A stretch of 48,467 bases of DNA from Chiloscyllium plagiosum (lineage: Eukaryota). The notes beneath the pieces were generated by a model that worked only from the letters and a program-made list of their open reading frames with translations, was not told where the DNA came from and made no database searches. The position numbers and the translations under genes were made by a program. This document shows positions 35,436 to 47,901 of the stretch, piece by piece; position 1 is the stretch's first letter; every line of letters starts with the position of its first letter. Where the stretch lies: assembly GCF_004010195.1 (NCBI RefSeq), contig NC_057749.1, positions 19,627,438-19,675,904 of the forward strand. Reading direction: 5' to 3'.

Positions 35436-35650
35436 TCGTCAAAAATTGTGATGCTGGAAAAGCACAGCAGGTCAGGCGGTATCTGAGGAGCAGGGGAAAT
35501 CGACATTTTGAGTGTAAGTCCTTAATCAGGCTTATGGCCAAAAGTGTTGATTATTCTGCTCTGTGGATGCTGCCTGATCTACTGTCCTTTTCCAGCCCTA
35601 CACTATTCAACTCTAATGTCCAGCATCTGCAGTCCTCACTTTCTCCTCCA
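35436..35650. mobile_element. Older fold-back PLE mini-insert with 14-bp TSD
   Basis: Inverted arms plus a CCAGCATCTGCAGTCCTCACTTTCTCCT tail. TSD GCTC(A/G)AATCCATCA at 35422-35435 / 35651-35664. Confidence 0.8.
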
Positions 35651-36231
35651 GCTCGAATCCATCACCCACATTGTGAGATGAGAATGACATTACATGTCAA
35701 TGATCGGTATTTTGAGCAATATACTGACTGCTTTTTTTTGTTTAAAATATAATTTGCAATTTAACTGAAAAAACAAGCCAAAAAAAAGTCTTTACAACTG
35801 CATTCACTTGAGGATATCTTGTCCTCTAGTGTCTCTATTTCATGCTGAAGGTCCAGCCCTTTAAAGGGCATGTAGTATGGAGAGAAATTATTCACTGACA
35901 TGCCTCAGCTAGTCTGCATTATCCATAAATGATAGGACAGGCCTGGTAATCACCAAAACCTTCCATAATGAGCTAGAGTAACCCTAGCCTCAATTGAAAT
36001 GGGCAACTTGTGTCTGTTTACCAGGCCTCATCAAGCTTTACACAGCTGTCTTAGTGGGATTATGAACCCATGACCTCACTGAACTCGCCTAGGTCTGTGG
36101 TTTAACCGGTCCAGTGATATAACCATTACACCACCATATTCCCTATTCAACCCAACCACCACACCCCCCCACCCCCAAATTTTCACTCAGTCAAATTACT
36201 GCATCTTGAATATCAGACTGACGTTTCTATG

Positions 36232-36390
36232 ATAAAAGCAAAGCATTGAAGATGCTGGAAATCTGACAATGTCTTGAGTCAAGTTCTGAAGAAGAGCTAT
36301 AATGGGCTTGAAATGTCGACTGTGTTTCTCTCTCCACAGATGCTGCCAGCCCTGCTGACTTTCTCCAGCATTTTTGTCTTTGCTTTAGAC
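36232..36390 (+). mobile_element. Short PLE-derived repeat (different family) with a degenerate hammerhead motif
   Basis: GTT-CTGAAGA-AGAGC..GCTT-GAAATGTC-GAC at 36283-36320, followed by CAGATGCTGCCAG..CTGCTGA..TTCTCCAGCA. Confidence 0.65.
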
Positions 36391-36639
36391 TCATGTTGTT
36401 CACTGAAACTGACACTGAAATAATGAGGTAGCAATTAAATGAAATGTTCTACATTTGCAAGTATGTTATTTTTCTTGGAATGTCCATTAACATTCCCCAA
36501 AAGTGCAATCACTAGCACATAATAATTTGTCACACTACTATTTGTAGCTTTAAGATAATATGCCACTTCCTGTATTAAAATGTGAATACATTGGTCATCA
36601 TTGATTCATTGTGTTAGGTAGAACTTAAAAAGGTGCTAT

Positions 36640-37515
36640 AAAATAGAAGGTGGAACTCTTGAAGGGGATGCAGGAGCAGAGGGACCTGGATGTATATGCG
36701 CAAAATGCATTATAAGTCATTTCCAACCTGAGATCTCTCTTATTGATTGAGGACAAGTTGCCTAGGATATCTGAAGAAGGTGTTGAATTTAACATAGAAA
36801 AAAAAGTATCAGTTGATGCATTTTGGCAGAATGGCTAGGAAGAGGCAATGTAGACTTAATGTAGGACAGTGGCACCTGGAGCTGCTTGTGTATCCATCTT
36901 TAGAGATAACAGGACATAGTGAAAGAGTAATTAGAAATCAAATGGGGTCTTGGGCTTCAAAAAGTAGACATTTGATCCAAGAACAGGGAAGATGAGATGA
37001 ACCTTTATAATGCTTTGTTTAGGCCTCAACTAGATTGATAGGCCTCAACTGGTTCTTGCCACCACACTTTAGGAAGGATGTGACATCCTTGAAAGGAAAC
37101 AGAAGAGCAGAATGGCTCAAGGGATGAGGAATTTGACACGGTTGAGTTGAAGAAATTGGAGCTGTTCTCCTTAGAGCAAATGAAGTTCAGAGATATTTGA
37201 CAGTGGTATACAAGATTGTGACAGGTTGGATAGAGCAAACAAAGAAAATCTGCTCCTATTAGCTGCTGGTATAAAATGTATGGTGACACAAATTTAGAAT
37301 TTTGGATGTGAAATGCAAAGTGAAGGTGAGGAAGAACTTTTTTGCACAGTGAAACAAAATTGATAATTTCAAAAGAAAATTGGATGAGCACACAGGGCAA
37401 TAAATTTGTCAGGCTGTGGGGGCAGAGTGGATAAATGGGACTGACTGGACTGCTTTGCAGAGCCAGCATGGACTTGATGAGCTGAACCGTCTTAGGTGTC
37501 ACACTGACTCTATGA
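36640..37515 (+). mobile_element. Decayed CR1 fragments
   Basis: EQRDLDV, MHFGR and LELFSLEQMKFRD remnants, with a TGACTCTATGAC tail. Confidence 0.7.
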
Positions 37516-37896
37516 CCCAATTATACTGGTGTTGCCTTGAATTGGGGAGGTCCAAACAGTAAAGCCGGTTGGAGGCAGAGGATGGGGGTGTGGGAGGGCA
37601 GTTTGATTCTTTTATCCTGTTGGGCTTGGTTCATTTTCAAGCTCAAGGCCTGCTATTCCCAACCTTTCAAGATTGAATTGGAGTTACTTAAGATGAATTC
37701 ATACCCTGCCATGTGCAAAATCCCAGAAGGGGCATTGGAAAACAAAATTAGCTTTTTGAGATATTTTTCAATAATTAGTTATGAAAATGTTAGTGAAGAT
37801 TAGGCTGTTTTGCAGAGCTGGTCAGTGTGGGGAGGAAGCCATGTAATGGAACCTTCAAGAATTTAGCCAACCAGAGTTGGCATCTGACTTATTGAG

Positions 37897-38024
37897 GAGA
37901 AAGTGAGGACTGCAGATGCTGGAGATCAGAGTTGAAAAATGTGGTGCTGAAAAAACCCAGCAGGCCAGGCAGCATCCGAGGAGCAGAAGAGTCGACATTT
38001 TGGGCATAAGCCCTTCTTCAGGAA
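37897..38024 (-). mobile_element. 128-bp hammerhead-bearing PLE-derived insert with 8-bp TSD
   Basis: Minus strand starts TTCCTGAAGAAGGGCTTATGCCCAAAATGTCGAC and ends in the tail. TSD TTATTGAG at 37889-37896 / 38025-38032. Confidence 0.82.
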
Positions 38025-38824
38025 TTATTGAGCCAGTACATGCTCCATGTTTCCTGTCACAAGGCCCTGTTAGTATCCAGTAAAGTCTGTGTTTATCATT
38101 TGTTGTGTAAAGATCCTTCCTTCAGCTCACTCCACAGAAAGATCAAGCAATCAGTGCTTTGCTTACCTCAGCATAATTCAAGAGAAACATTTGAACAAAA
38201 GCTGTACATGATGTTTGTTTCTAAAAGGTTAGCCTTGAAAAGTAGTTATATTTATCAGGTGTTTATCCTGCTTAGGCTGAGAGACAGAGTTGAAGTGTGT
38301 GTGTGTGTGTAGACAGACAGAACATCCCTGGTTAGGAACATACAAGGAGGCTTTTCAGCCCTTCTGGCTGTCTGTTATCATTCTGTCTAATTTGCACATT
38401 GACAAAATTTCCTACATTATGCATCTATTACGACCTTGCCAGCAGTGGTAGAGAATTTCCGATTTCTATTCAGATTTTTGTGAAAGGTGTCTCCTGATTT
38501 CTGTCCTTCTGTTAGCAGAAATTAAACTGGATGAGAGGGCCTGGTTAATTCTTTGTGGTCATAGGTACAACTCCCATCACATAAGCTGGAACAAATATGA
38601 AATAAAACTAATTTTGGTAATGGTGACTGTAAAACTACTGGCAATGCTTTATATATCATTTAGTTCACTCCTCTTTTAGGAATAGAAAGCTGCTGCCCTT
38701 ACCACATCTAGACTTACAATAAGGTGATTGTCCTCTGAAATTACTTAGTAACCCACTAATTTGAGGCTATTTAGATGTATGCAACAAATGTTGGCCTTGC
38801 CCACCCATAGAAATAAAATTAAGA

Positions 38825-40910
38825 AAAAAAACAAATTGCTGGAAAAACTCAGCAGGTCTGGCAGCATCTATGAAAAGAAATCAGAGTTAATGTTTCAGGT
38901 TCAGTGATCCTCCTTCAGAATTGAAGTTATTTAGGACAAGGTTGATATTTATGCAGAAGATGTAATGCAGGAGAGTAAACGATGGGTTGAGATTGAGCCC
39001 AAGGAGAGAGAAACACAGTTGGACAAAGGAGTGGTTAAAAATCTGTCTGGGGGAATGAATAGCTGCTAATGGGTACTATTAATAGCTGACAATATGTCTG
39101 GTAGTAACCCATGTGATGAGAAGGCCTGGTGTATAGGGGTTGGGGTAAGGCCCTCAAAACCTAAAATTGTTGAACTCAATATTAAGTTTAGATCAGAGTG
39201 GTGCTGGAAAAGCAAAGCAGGTCAGGCAGCATTCAAGGAGCAACAAAATCAATGTTTTGGGCAAAAGCCCTTCATCAGGAATAGAGGCAGGAAGCCTCCA
39301 GGGTGGAGAGATAAANNNNNNNNNNNNNNNNNNNNNNNNNNNNNNNNNNNNNNNNNNNNNNNNNNNNNNNNNNNNNNNNNNNNNNNNNNNNNNNNNNNGG
39401 GTGGGGATGGAGGTGATAGGTCAGAGGGGAGGGTGGAGCGGATAGGTGGAAAGGAAGATTGGCCAGTGGGACAAGTCATGAGGATGGTGCTGAGCTGGAA
39501 GGTTGGAACTGGGGTAAGGTGGGGGGAAGGGAAATGAGGAAACTGGTGAAGTCCACATTGATGCCATGGGGTTGACGTGTTCAGAGGTGGAAGATGAAGC
39601 GAATGTGGCTGTGGTAGCGAGTCTGTTTCAGTACATGGTTGAAGAGCTTCAGGACAGAGGAGATGATCTGGGGGTTGCAGAGAGAGAGAGAGAGACTCAC
39701 AGATTCTTGTGGAGAGAGGAGGAGAACTTCTTCATGGTAGGCATCCTTGCAAGAACTCAATATTAAGCCCAGAAGGCTAGAGTGCCCAAACGGAAAATAT
39801 GGTGCTGTTCTTATAGCTTGCACTGAGCTTTACTAGAGCACTGCAGAAGGCCTGAAGTGGAGATGTTGGTGAACACAATGGTGTGTTGAAGTGGCAGGCA
39901 ACTAGAAACTCAGGGTCTTTTTTGCAGATAGAACCATAGGTGTTCTGCAAAGCAGTCACCCAGTCTATGCTTAGTTTCCCCAATGTAGAGATCACATTGT
40001 GAGCAATGAGTATAGAAGACTAGACTGAGTGAAGTGCAAGTAAAGCATTGCTTCACCTGGAAGGTGTGTTTAGAGACTTGGATAGTGAGGAGGGAGGAAA
40101 TAAACAGGCAGGTGTTACACCTTCTGCAAAAGCAGGAGAAAGTGTGGGAACATGGAGGAATGGACCAGAGTGTCCTGGAGGGAATGGTCCCTGTGGAAGG
40201 CTGACATGCGAGGGGACGGGTGGTGTTTGGTGGTGGCATCCTGTTGGAGGTTGTGGAAATATCAGCTTGAGGACATGTGGGACCCTATTGTTGTTGTGGG
40301 AGGGAAGAGAGGGTTTGAGGGCTGAAGTGCAGGAGAGAGGTTCAACCTGGCTGAGGGTCCTGTCAACCACAGTGCTGGGGAGTCTTCAGTTGAGGAAGAA
40401 GATGGAGATATTGGAGATCCCTTATTGAAATTGGTATCATCAGAACAAATGCGAGGAACTGGGAGAATGGAATAGTGTCTTTACAGGAAGCAGGATGTGA
40501 GGATGTACAGTCAAGGTATCTGTGGGAGTTGTTGTATTTGTAGTGATATTGGTGGCCAGCCTATTCCCAGAAATGGAAACAGTTATGAGGAAAGGGAAAG
40601 GAGGACTCAGGATGGATCAGGTGAATGTGAGAGCGGGGTGGAAATTGGAAGCAAACTAGACAAAACTTCTCCAATTCAGGAGGAGACACACCAATGATGT
40701 CATTGATATGTTGGAGAAAGAATTGTAGGTGAGGGCTGGAGTAGGACTGGAAGAGGGGATATTCCACGTACCCAACAAAGAGACTAGCATAACTCATGGC
40801 CATCTCTCCAACTTGAAGGAAGTGAGAGGAGTTAAAAGAGACGCTGTTGAGGGTGAGAATGAGCTTGGCCAGGCGGAAGTGAGTGGTGGTGGATGAGGAT
40901 GGTTCAGGCA
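38825..40910 (-). mobile_element. Decayed PLE (RT, GIY-YIG and pLTR) interrupted by a nested PLE
   Basis: SYASLFVGYVE (RT) and FTCTSLSLVFYTHCSQCDLYIGETKHRLGDCFAEHL (GIY-YIG). Hammerhead-like CTGAAGGAGGATCACTGAACCTGAAACATT on the minus strand near 38890-38920. Confidence 0.88.
39187..39752 (-). mobile_element. Internally deleted PLE nested in a PLE, 15-bp TSD
   Basis: TSD GAACTCAATATTAAG at 39172-39186 / 39753-39767. LKLFNHVLKQTRYHSHIRF is joined to QPHGINVDFTSF, followed by a pLTR with CTGATGAAGGGCTTTTGCCCAAAAC. Confidence 0.82.
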
Positions 40911-41389
40911 GTGATTATCCTCTTAATGGGCTGGATTTGAAACACAGTGAAATTTAAATATTCAATTATTAGAACTATCTGAAGTTTCACTATTTTTGCT
41001 CTTTATTAAATCATTTTTTGATTTGGATCTGTCATCTGGGAGCTGAGACCTACAGCTTGTGTTTAAAAAATAGAGAACAAGTGAATTTTTTGTTCATGAG
41101 GCCAGGTTTGAAAGTTGATTTACAGGCTGTTTCTTGTTTAAAAAGTGTTCTACAGATACTTTAACTTCAGAGAGACCAGATCCTTAACCAGATAACAGGT
41201 ACTTTGGTCATTAATAAGGCCAATACCCGGGAACGCAAACCGAAAGTCTGGGAGACAACATAATGATGAAACAGAGGGAGGAACTGGTGTTCTTAGTACT
41301 GGGGCTTTCTGAGAGAAGGAGAATGGCTGCTGATGATTCAACATGAATTTAGATGAACTGACAGTGAAAATCAAAATATGAATATGATT

Positions 41390-43615
41390 TCATAACCATT
41401 TCAGAAACATAGTTACAGAGAGATAAAACTGGGAACTTAATGTATTTGACCTTTCAGAACAATAAGAGGGATGGAAAAGGTGGGGTTACAATGCGATTAA
41501 TAAGGGATTAAGTGAGGACGGTTGAGAGAGATGATTTAGGCTTGGATGATGTAGCATTTATTTGGGCTTAGATTAAAAAAAAGGGAAAGGAGACCTTGGT
41601 AGGAGTAGTGTATAGATCCCAAAACAGTAGCCGCTCTGTAGAAAAATCCATAAATCAACAAATAATTGGAGCACGTAAAAAAGAATAGAGCAATAGTTAT
41701 GGGTGACTTTATTCTTCTTGTTGATTGAGTTAATCAAATTGGAAAGGGTAGCTATAAAAACAAATTCATTGAATGCATTAGGGATAGTTTCCAAGAGCAA
41801 TATATCCCAGAACATACCAGATAGCAGATTATCTTGGATCTGGCAATGCAAAATAAGGTAGGTTTAATAAATGACTTTAGAGTAAAACATCCCCTCGGAA
41901 GTAGTGATCCTAACATGGTAAAAATGAATATTCAATTTTAGAGTGAGAAATTTGGATTAAAAACAACTTAAATAAAGGGCATTACTATGAAATGAAGATA
42001 GAGCTAGCTGAAGTGAATTGGGCAGATAGATTAGCAGGAAAGTTAGTAACCAAACAGTGGCAGACATTTAAAGGAGGTAATTCGTGATTCTTAGCAAAAA
42101 TGCACTCTTGTAAGAAGCGAAAATTCTAAGAGGGTTAAGCTAACCAAGGAAGTTAAGGAGAGTATTAAGTTGAAAGGAAAAGCACATAAGGAGGCAAAAG
42201 ACAATGATAGCCCCGAAGACTGCGATAAATTCAGAATCCAGCAAAGGAGGACTAAAAAGATAAAAAGAAGTGAAAATAAACAATGAGAGCAAAGGAGCAA
42301 GAAATATAAAAACTGACAATCAGCTTCTTAAAAAGGAAGAGTGAGGTCAAGATGAAAAGAAGTTCCTTAGAAAATGAATCTGTTGAGACAGTTATGAGGA
42401 TCAAGGAAATAGCAGAGGAGTTAAACATAGTTAAAAATAGTGGATGCATTGATTGTAATTTTCCAAGAACCTTGGATTCTGGAGAAATACCAGAGGATTG
42501 GAAAGTTGCCAATGTGATACCTCGAAGAAGTCATAAGAGCCCATGGTGTCATAGATAGTATATTGGCATGGATACAAAATTGGCTAATGATCAGGAAACA
42601 ACAAGTGGGAATGAGGCTATTTTTCAGTTTGGTGACCTGTAATCAGTGGGATTCCACAAGGATCATTGCTAGGACACAACTGTTTACAAGATAGATTACT
42701 GACTTGGATGAAGGACGCAAATTTGTAGGCAACACAAAAATAGGTGGAAAGGCAGGTTTCGAGTCGGATACAATTTAGAGAGATACTGATAGGTTAAGTT
42801 AGTGGGCAAAACGTTGGCAAATGGAATATAATGTGGGAAAATGTGAAGTTGTTCATTTTGGAAGGGAAAACAAAAGAACCAGAGTATTGTTTAAATGGAG
42901 AAAAAACTGCAGAAAGCTGCAACACAAAGGGACTTGGAGGTACTAATGCATGAACACAGAAAGCAAGTACACACGGTAGCAGGTAATCAGGAAGACTAAT
43001 GGAATTTTGGGCCTTATTTCTTGGGGGTTGGATTATAAGAGTAGGGACGTCTTATTGTAACATTACAAAGTATTGGTGAGACAATATTTGGAGTACTGTG
43101 AGCAGTTTTGGTCCCCTTAAGGAAACATAACTTTATTGGAGGCAGTTCAGAGAAGGTTCACTAAAATTCTCCCTAGTATGCGGGGATTGTCTTATGAGCA
43201 AAGATTAAACAGATTGGAATTTAAAAGAGTGAGAAATGTTCTCATTGAAGCAATTAGGATTCTTAAGGGGTTTGACAGGGCAAATGCCAAGAGGATGTTT
43301 CCCTTCATAGGTGAGTTTAGGACCAGAGGCATAGACTCAGAATTAAGGGATCCAAACTTAAGACTGAGATGAAAGAAATTTCTTCATTGAGGGTTGTTGA
43401 GAACCTGTTGCTACAGAGAGCTATGGAGCAGAGTCCTTATGTATATTTAAGACTCAGATTCTTGATCAGTAGGATCAAGGGAATTAAGAGTTATGGGGAA
43501 AGGACAGGAAAAGTGGATGTGAGGAGTGTCAGATCAGCCATAATTCTGTTGAATGGTAGAGCAGGCTCCAGGGGCCAAACAGCACACTCCTGTTTCTATT
43601 TCTTATGGCCGTATG
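41390..43615 (+). mobile_element. Long, heavily decayed CR1 ORF2
   Basis: Endonuclease remnants (GKGGVT, VGVVYRS), LDSGEIPEDWKVANV, GIPQGSLLG, WQMEYNVGKCEVVHFG and EAVQRRFTKILP. Confidence 0.88.
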
Positions 43616-43905
43616 GTATATTTGAAGGCTCTCTGCCTAACCTACCATTATCAGCTATTAGAAGTTCAGAGAATAGACACTGAATTATAAATATTACTGG
43701 CTCTTCCTCAATGATCTGGAAAAGGTTGCATTGATTGATTTTTCTGAACATGTCAGTCAAGAGACAAACCTATGTACCTGTGAAACAATGCATCATGGAA
43801 ACTGTTCAAATCATCTGGCCAGTTTTGTTTTTTCCTTTCTTTAAAATTTATCCCTTAACTATTTGTCTGTCGGTCTTTTGTGTGAATAGGGCAGAAAGCA
43901 AAGGT

Positions 43906-44013
43906 GCAAGAGTGCGTGCTGGAAAAGCACAGCATCCGAGGAATAGGAGGTCAGGCAGCATCCGAGGAATAGGAGAGTCGACATTGAGCAAAAGGCCTTC
44001 ATCAGGGATGAGG
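43906..44013 (-). mobile_element. 108-bp hammerhead-bearing PLE-derived insert with 12-bp TSD
   Basis: TSD GAAAGCAAAGGT at 43894-43905 / 44014-44025. Minus-strand CCTGATGAAGGCCTTTTGCTC near the 5' end. Internal duplication of CAGCATCCGAGGAATAGGAG. Confidence 0.78.
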
Positions 44014-45732
44014 GAAAGCAAAGGTTATTAGGTTTCATTCATAAAATTAGATTGTTTTGTTGTTTAACTTTGCTCTGCTAAAGTTATTGTATTGCGAATA
44101 AATTGTTAAGCCTTTTGTTTAAGCTATAAACCTGGTGTCTAGTGTCAGTTATTCACAACCCATCTGGAATCGGTGAGGAATCATTGGGTCAATTTTGAGG
44201 GTTGTTAACTTTTTTAATTTTACAATATTGTGAATACAAAGGTAGGGAGGCTGATTTGATTCTGCTGCCTATCTTTGTGTCATAGCACAATAACTCTCAG
44301 AGTTGATAAATTGTTCCTAACTAGACTTTATATATAAACAGGTCTTGGACACCAAGTTTATAATTTAAACAAAAATTAACAATTTTTCATTCATGTAATT
44401 TTAATGGAACACAGATAAGCAACAAGGCACTGTTATTAATTCCTATGACCTTAAGCCTAACCTTCTTTGATCACAACCCCAACTCATATATAGTGACAGT
44501 TAAGGGATATGTTAAAAAGAAAAGAAAATAATTGTAATTTGCCAGCTCATTAAACGGTTTCAAATGATGAATATCAGGCCTTCAGAAATCCGTGGTCAAT
44601 GGTTTGTGGAAAGGGAATTAGATCGTGCTTGAATTCCTAAAAAAACACTCGTGGCATATTTCCTATCCACAAAGAGCAACCTTCTGCACACTTCAATGCT
44701 GTACCTTGGGATACAGCTGCAACTTATAGACTCATCGAGATGTACACTGTTAGTGTTATGCTGTGCTAAGGAACAAGCACTAAGCATGTGGATTGAACAG
44801 GCTGCATGTCCAGCCTGTTTGCTTGCTGTCATAACTCTGAATCACTCTAAACCTACCTGGATGATACAAACATGCCTGCCTTGAATTGTCTTGTCTTTTT
44901 GCACTTTGCCCCTCAGCCAGAGATACTGGACTCACAGTAGTGATATATATATATATATATATTAATATATATTTGTCTTGCCACTTAACGTACAGTCAGC
45001 AGTCCTCAGTGAATTCAAAGGTGATAGCCTTTTTATCAGGATTTTATCAGGTAAAATAAAAGCAAGGACACGCACTGATGCCAGCCTAGGTGCTCAAGCA
45101 TGATAAGTAATCTGCTTGGGGCAATCTAAGTTAGGATCATCTCCCTATAAAGGGTGAGAAGTGAATCAGGCAGCCCACCATCTATCTCGAGTCTTTCTGA
45201 TCTCTTGTGGGCTGTTTTCCTTCTGAAATGAGAGCAATGCAAGGTTGAAAGAGATGAAAGTGGTGGCACAGTGAATTACTTTTTGTGCTGGTGTGGAGGT
45301 GCCCCCAGTAAATGAGTGGGCAGCGCTCTTACCTTCTTACTGTACATTCCTCCAGATGGCTGAAACTGACTGACCAAGATGACAACCTCAGACAAAGCTG
45401 GCATTGTCTAGCATTATGGCTTCCACTGGAATAAGAGGACTTTCTGCCTGTGCACCAATCCCATCCAGCAGCGCCTCCAAGTCACCATCTTTAAAATGGG
45501 GTGCCAAATCTCTCATCTGCTATGCACAAGACAAATGTTAGGAAACATGCACTGAAGCTCCAGACTGTGTGTGTCTGGGTGTAAAACAGATACTTAAATA
45601 TGACATTGGCACCAAAAATGCTGTCAACGTGAAGATATCCTAGCAGTGGCGAGTTGTTCTGAATGGTTGGTACTAATATTAGAATCTGACAAGAGGAGTG
45701 TTGGTGGGGAGGGTTTGGTAGTTAATGAAGTA

Positions 45733-45931
45733 AGAGTTGATAAAGTGTGGCACTGGAAAAAGCACAGCAGGTCAGGCAGCATCTGAGGAGGAGGAGAACC
45801 AATGTTTAATCAGTCCTGCCTGAAACTTTGATTCTTCTCAACCTCGGATGCTGTCTGACCTGCTGTGCTTTTTCCAGCGCCACATCTTATTGACTTTGAC
45901 TCTCCAGCATCTTCAGTCCTCATTATCTCCT
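45733..45931. mobile_element. Fold-back PLE mini-insert (older)
   Basis: Inverted arms CTGGAAAAAGCACAGCAGGTCAGGCAGCATC / GATGCTGTCTGACCTGCTGTGCTTTTTCCAG plus a tail. TSD unclear. Confidence 0.78.
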
Positions 45932-46914
45932 GGTTAAATTAATTAAGGTTTATAAAATACACAGCGTGAGATCTTGCTAGGACTCACGATGAAAAAGTTC
46001 AATGTAACTGACACTTAGCCACAAGCCTGTAAGATTCAGCCTTTAGTGACAGAGAATGGTGAGGACTGACTGGGGAAATTTAGGTTTTTCAACTTAGGCT
46101 ACAAACAGCTGACAAACTCTCTTGGGAAAGAGAGAAAAAATAATTTGTGGAAAAGGATTTGCAATCCAATACACTCACCCCAATTATACTGTAACTGTAA
46201 TCCAAGAGAGCACAGGTATGAACTAGCAAATTTGCACCCAATCAGGCTCAATAGTATTATAAATCAGTGCCAGAATGTAGGTTCAAAGCCGTTCCAGAGG
46301 CTTACAATCACACCTCACAGAATTGTGCAAATTCTGTTTTTGACATGATAACTTCAGTCAGTCGTTGGCTGTCTCTCGATCTGGGGATGGTGTCTATGCA
46401 TTATCATGTGACTAAACAGGCTGATCTTGACTGCTCATATTTGTGCATGTGGAGCATTCAATTGTTTACAAGGCACTTTGCAATGCTCTGAGGTAATGAA
46501 AGGTGCTACAGAAGTGCATATTCTTCCCTTCCTTCATGGTGTTGCAATTCCTGAGCCACCTCTTTGGATTCAGACTGAGGCCTGTTGTCAGTCCGTTGTG
46601 CCTGCTGTTTGGAGAAGCTATCCCACTGTCATTCCCCTGTTTTTACATCATAGCTCTCTTTGTGGTTCCTTTTGAAATATTTATCCAGTAGGCTCTTGAA
46701 GTCATTATTGAATCTAATTCCAGTGACATTTCAATAGAACATTATCAAACAACTCTGTTTCCCAAAGCTTCCTGTTGGCTGTTTTACTAATCTCCTCAAA
46801 TCTAAGCTGCCTAATTGCCTCTCCTTTCATTACAAAACACTTGCCCCTAATTACTCTATCATAATTTCCACTGCCCCTCTGCTCTGCCTCACAAGTTTAT
46901 ATGCTCAATTTCCA

Positions 46915-47135
46915 CTCTGGGGCTTCAATACAAACCTTCATGTTGACACTCCCAGCAGAATGATAAGGAAGTGCTGTACTGACAGAGGTGCAGTCTTTCA
47001 GATGCGATGTTAAACCATGGGCCAATCAGGTGAGTGTGAAAGATCCCACAGCTCTATTTCAAAGAAGAACAGGGGAGATTTCCCTGGTGTCCTGGCCAAA
47101 GTTTATTCCTCAACCAACATAACAAAACAACAGAA
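46915..47135 (+). mobile_element. Deu-domain SINE (SacSINE/AmnSINE-like)
   Basis: GTGCTGTACTGACAGAGGTGCAGTCTTTCAGATGCGATGTTAAACC...AAAGATCCCACAGCTCTATTTCAAAGAAGAACAGGGGAG...GGTGTCCTGGCCAA matches the Deu core as recalled. Confidence 0.72.
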
Positions 47136-47256
47136 TCTTGGATCATCCTGTGGAGAAGGTATTGATTAAATGCCCAGTCTGAAAGTTGGCACTGTTGACA
47201 GCATAGTATTCCACCACTACCGCACTGGCATGTGAAACTAGGCTCAGCTCCCTGGA

Positions 47257-47610
47257 ATTTTATTTATTCTATCATGATATATGGGTGTCACTGGCAAGGC
47301 CAGTATTGTTGCCCATCCCTAATTACATCTTGAACTGAGTGGCATGCTTGAGGGCATTTAAGAGTCAATCAAATTACTGTAGATCTGGACTGACTTGTTG
47401 GCCAGACTGGGTAAGGGCTGCAGATGTCATTACCCAAGGGGCATTAGTGAACCTAGATGTTATTTTTCAGCAATCAATGATAGTCTCATTGCCACTGTTT
47501 CAAATTTATTGATTGAATTTAAATTGCCATAATGGTATTTGAACCCCTGTTCCTGGAATGTTAGCCTGGGCTCTGGGTTGCTAGTCTAGTGACATAACCA
47601 TTACTTCAGC
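47257..47610 (-). mobile_element. tRNA-derived SINE with an L2/Crack-like 3' tail
   Basis: B-box-like GGGTTCAAATACC on the minus strand near 47535-47547. The tail is complementary to the LINE end at 4290-4350. Confidence 0.6.
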
Positions 47611-47901
47611 AAATCCTAGGTGAATGGTATCTTCAACTCAGCTTCTGCTGATGGGAAAATGCGTCGCTGTTACAGGAGCTTGTTGCTGGGTCAGTAAGAT
47701 TTTTCCATCAGTTTCTGATCCATTATTCATGTTGAGTGTTAGGTATCACAGACACTGCCACATACCTTAGCTTTCAAACAATTGCTTTAATTTACGTATA
47801 ATCCTCCCTTTGACAGAGGCCTCAGAATTCTTGTGTCCATGAGGTGAGATTGATTAGAGATTTCCCAAAAAGTGTTTGTGTTTTGTTTTTTGATGAGTGG
47901 T

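Noticed and set aside
43690..45100. Possible further solo LTRs
   Set aside because: The composition is LTR-like, but I could not fix termini or TSDs.
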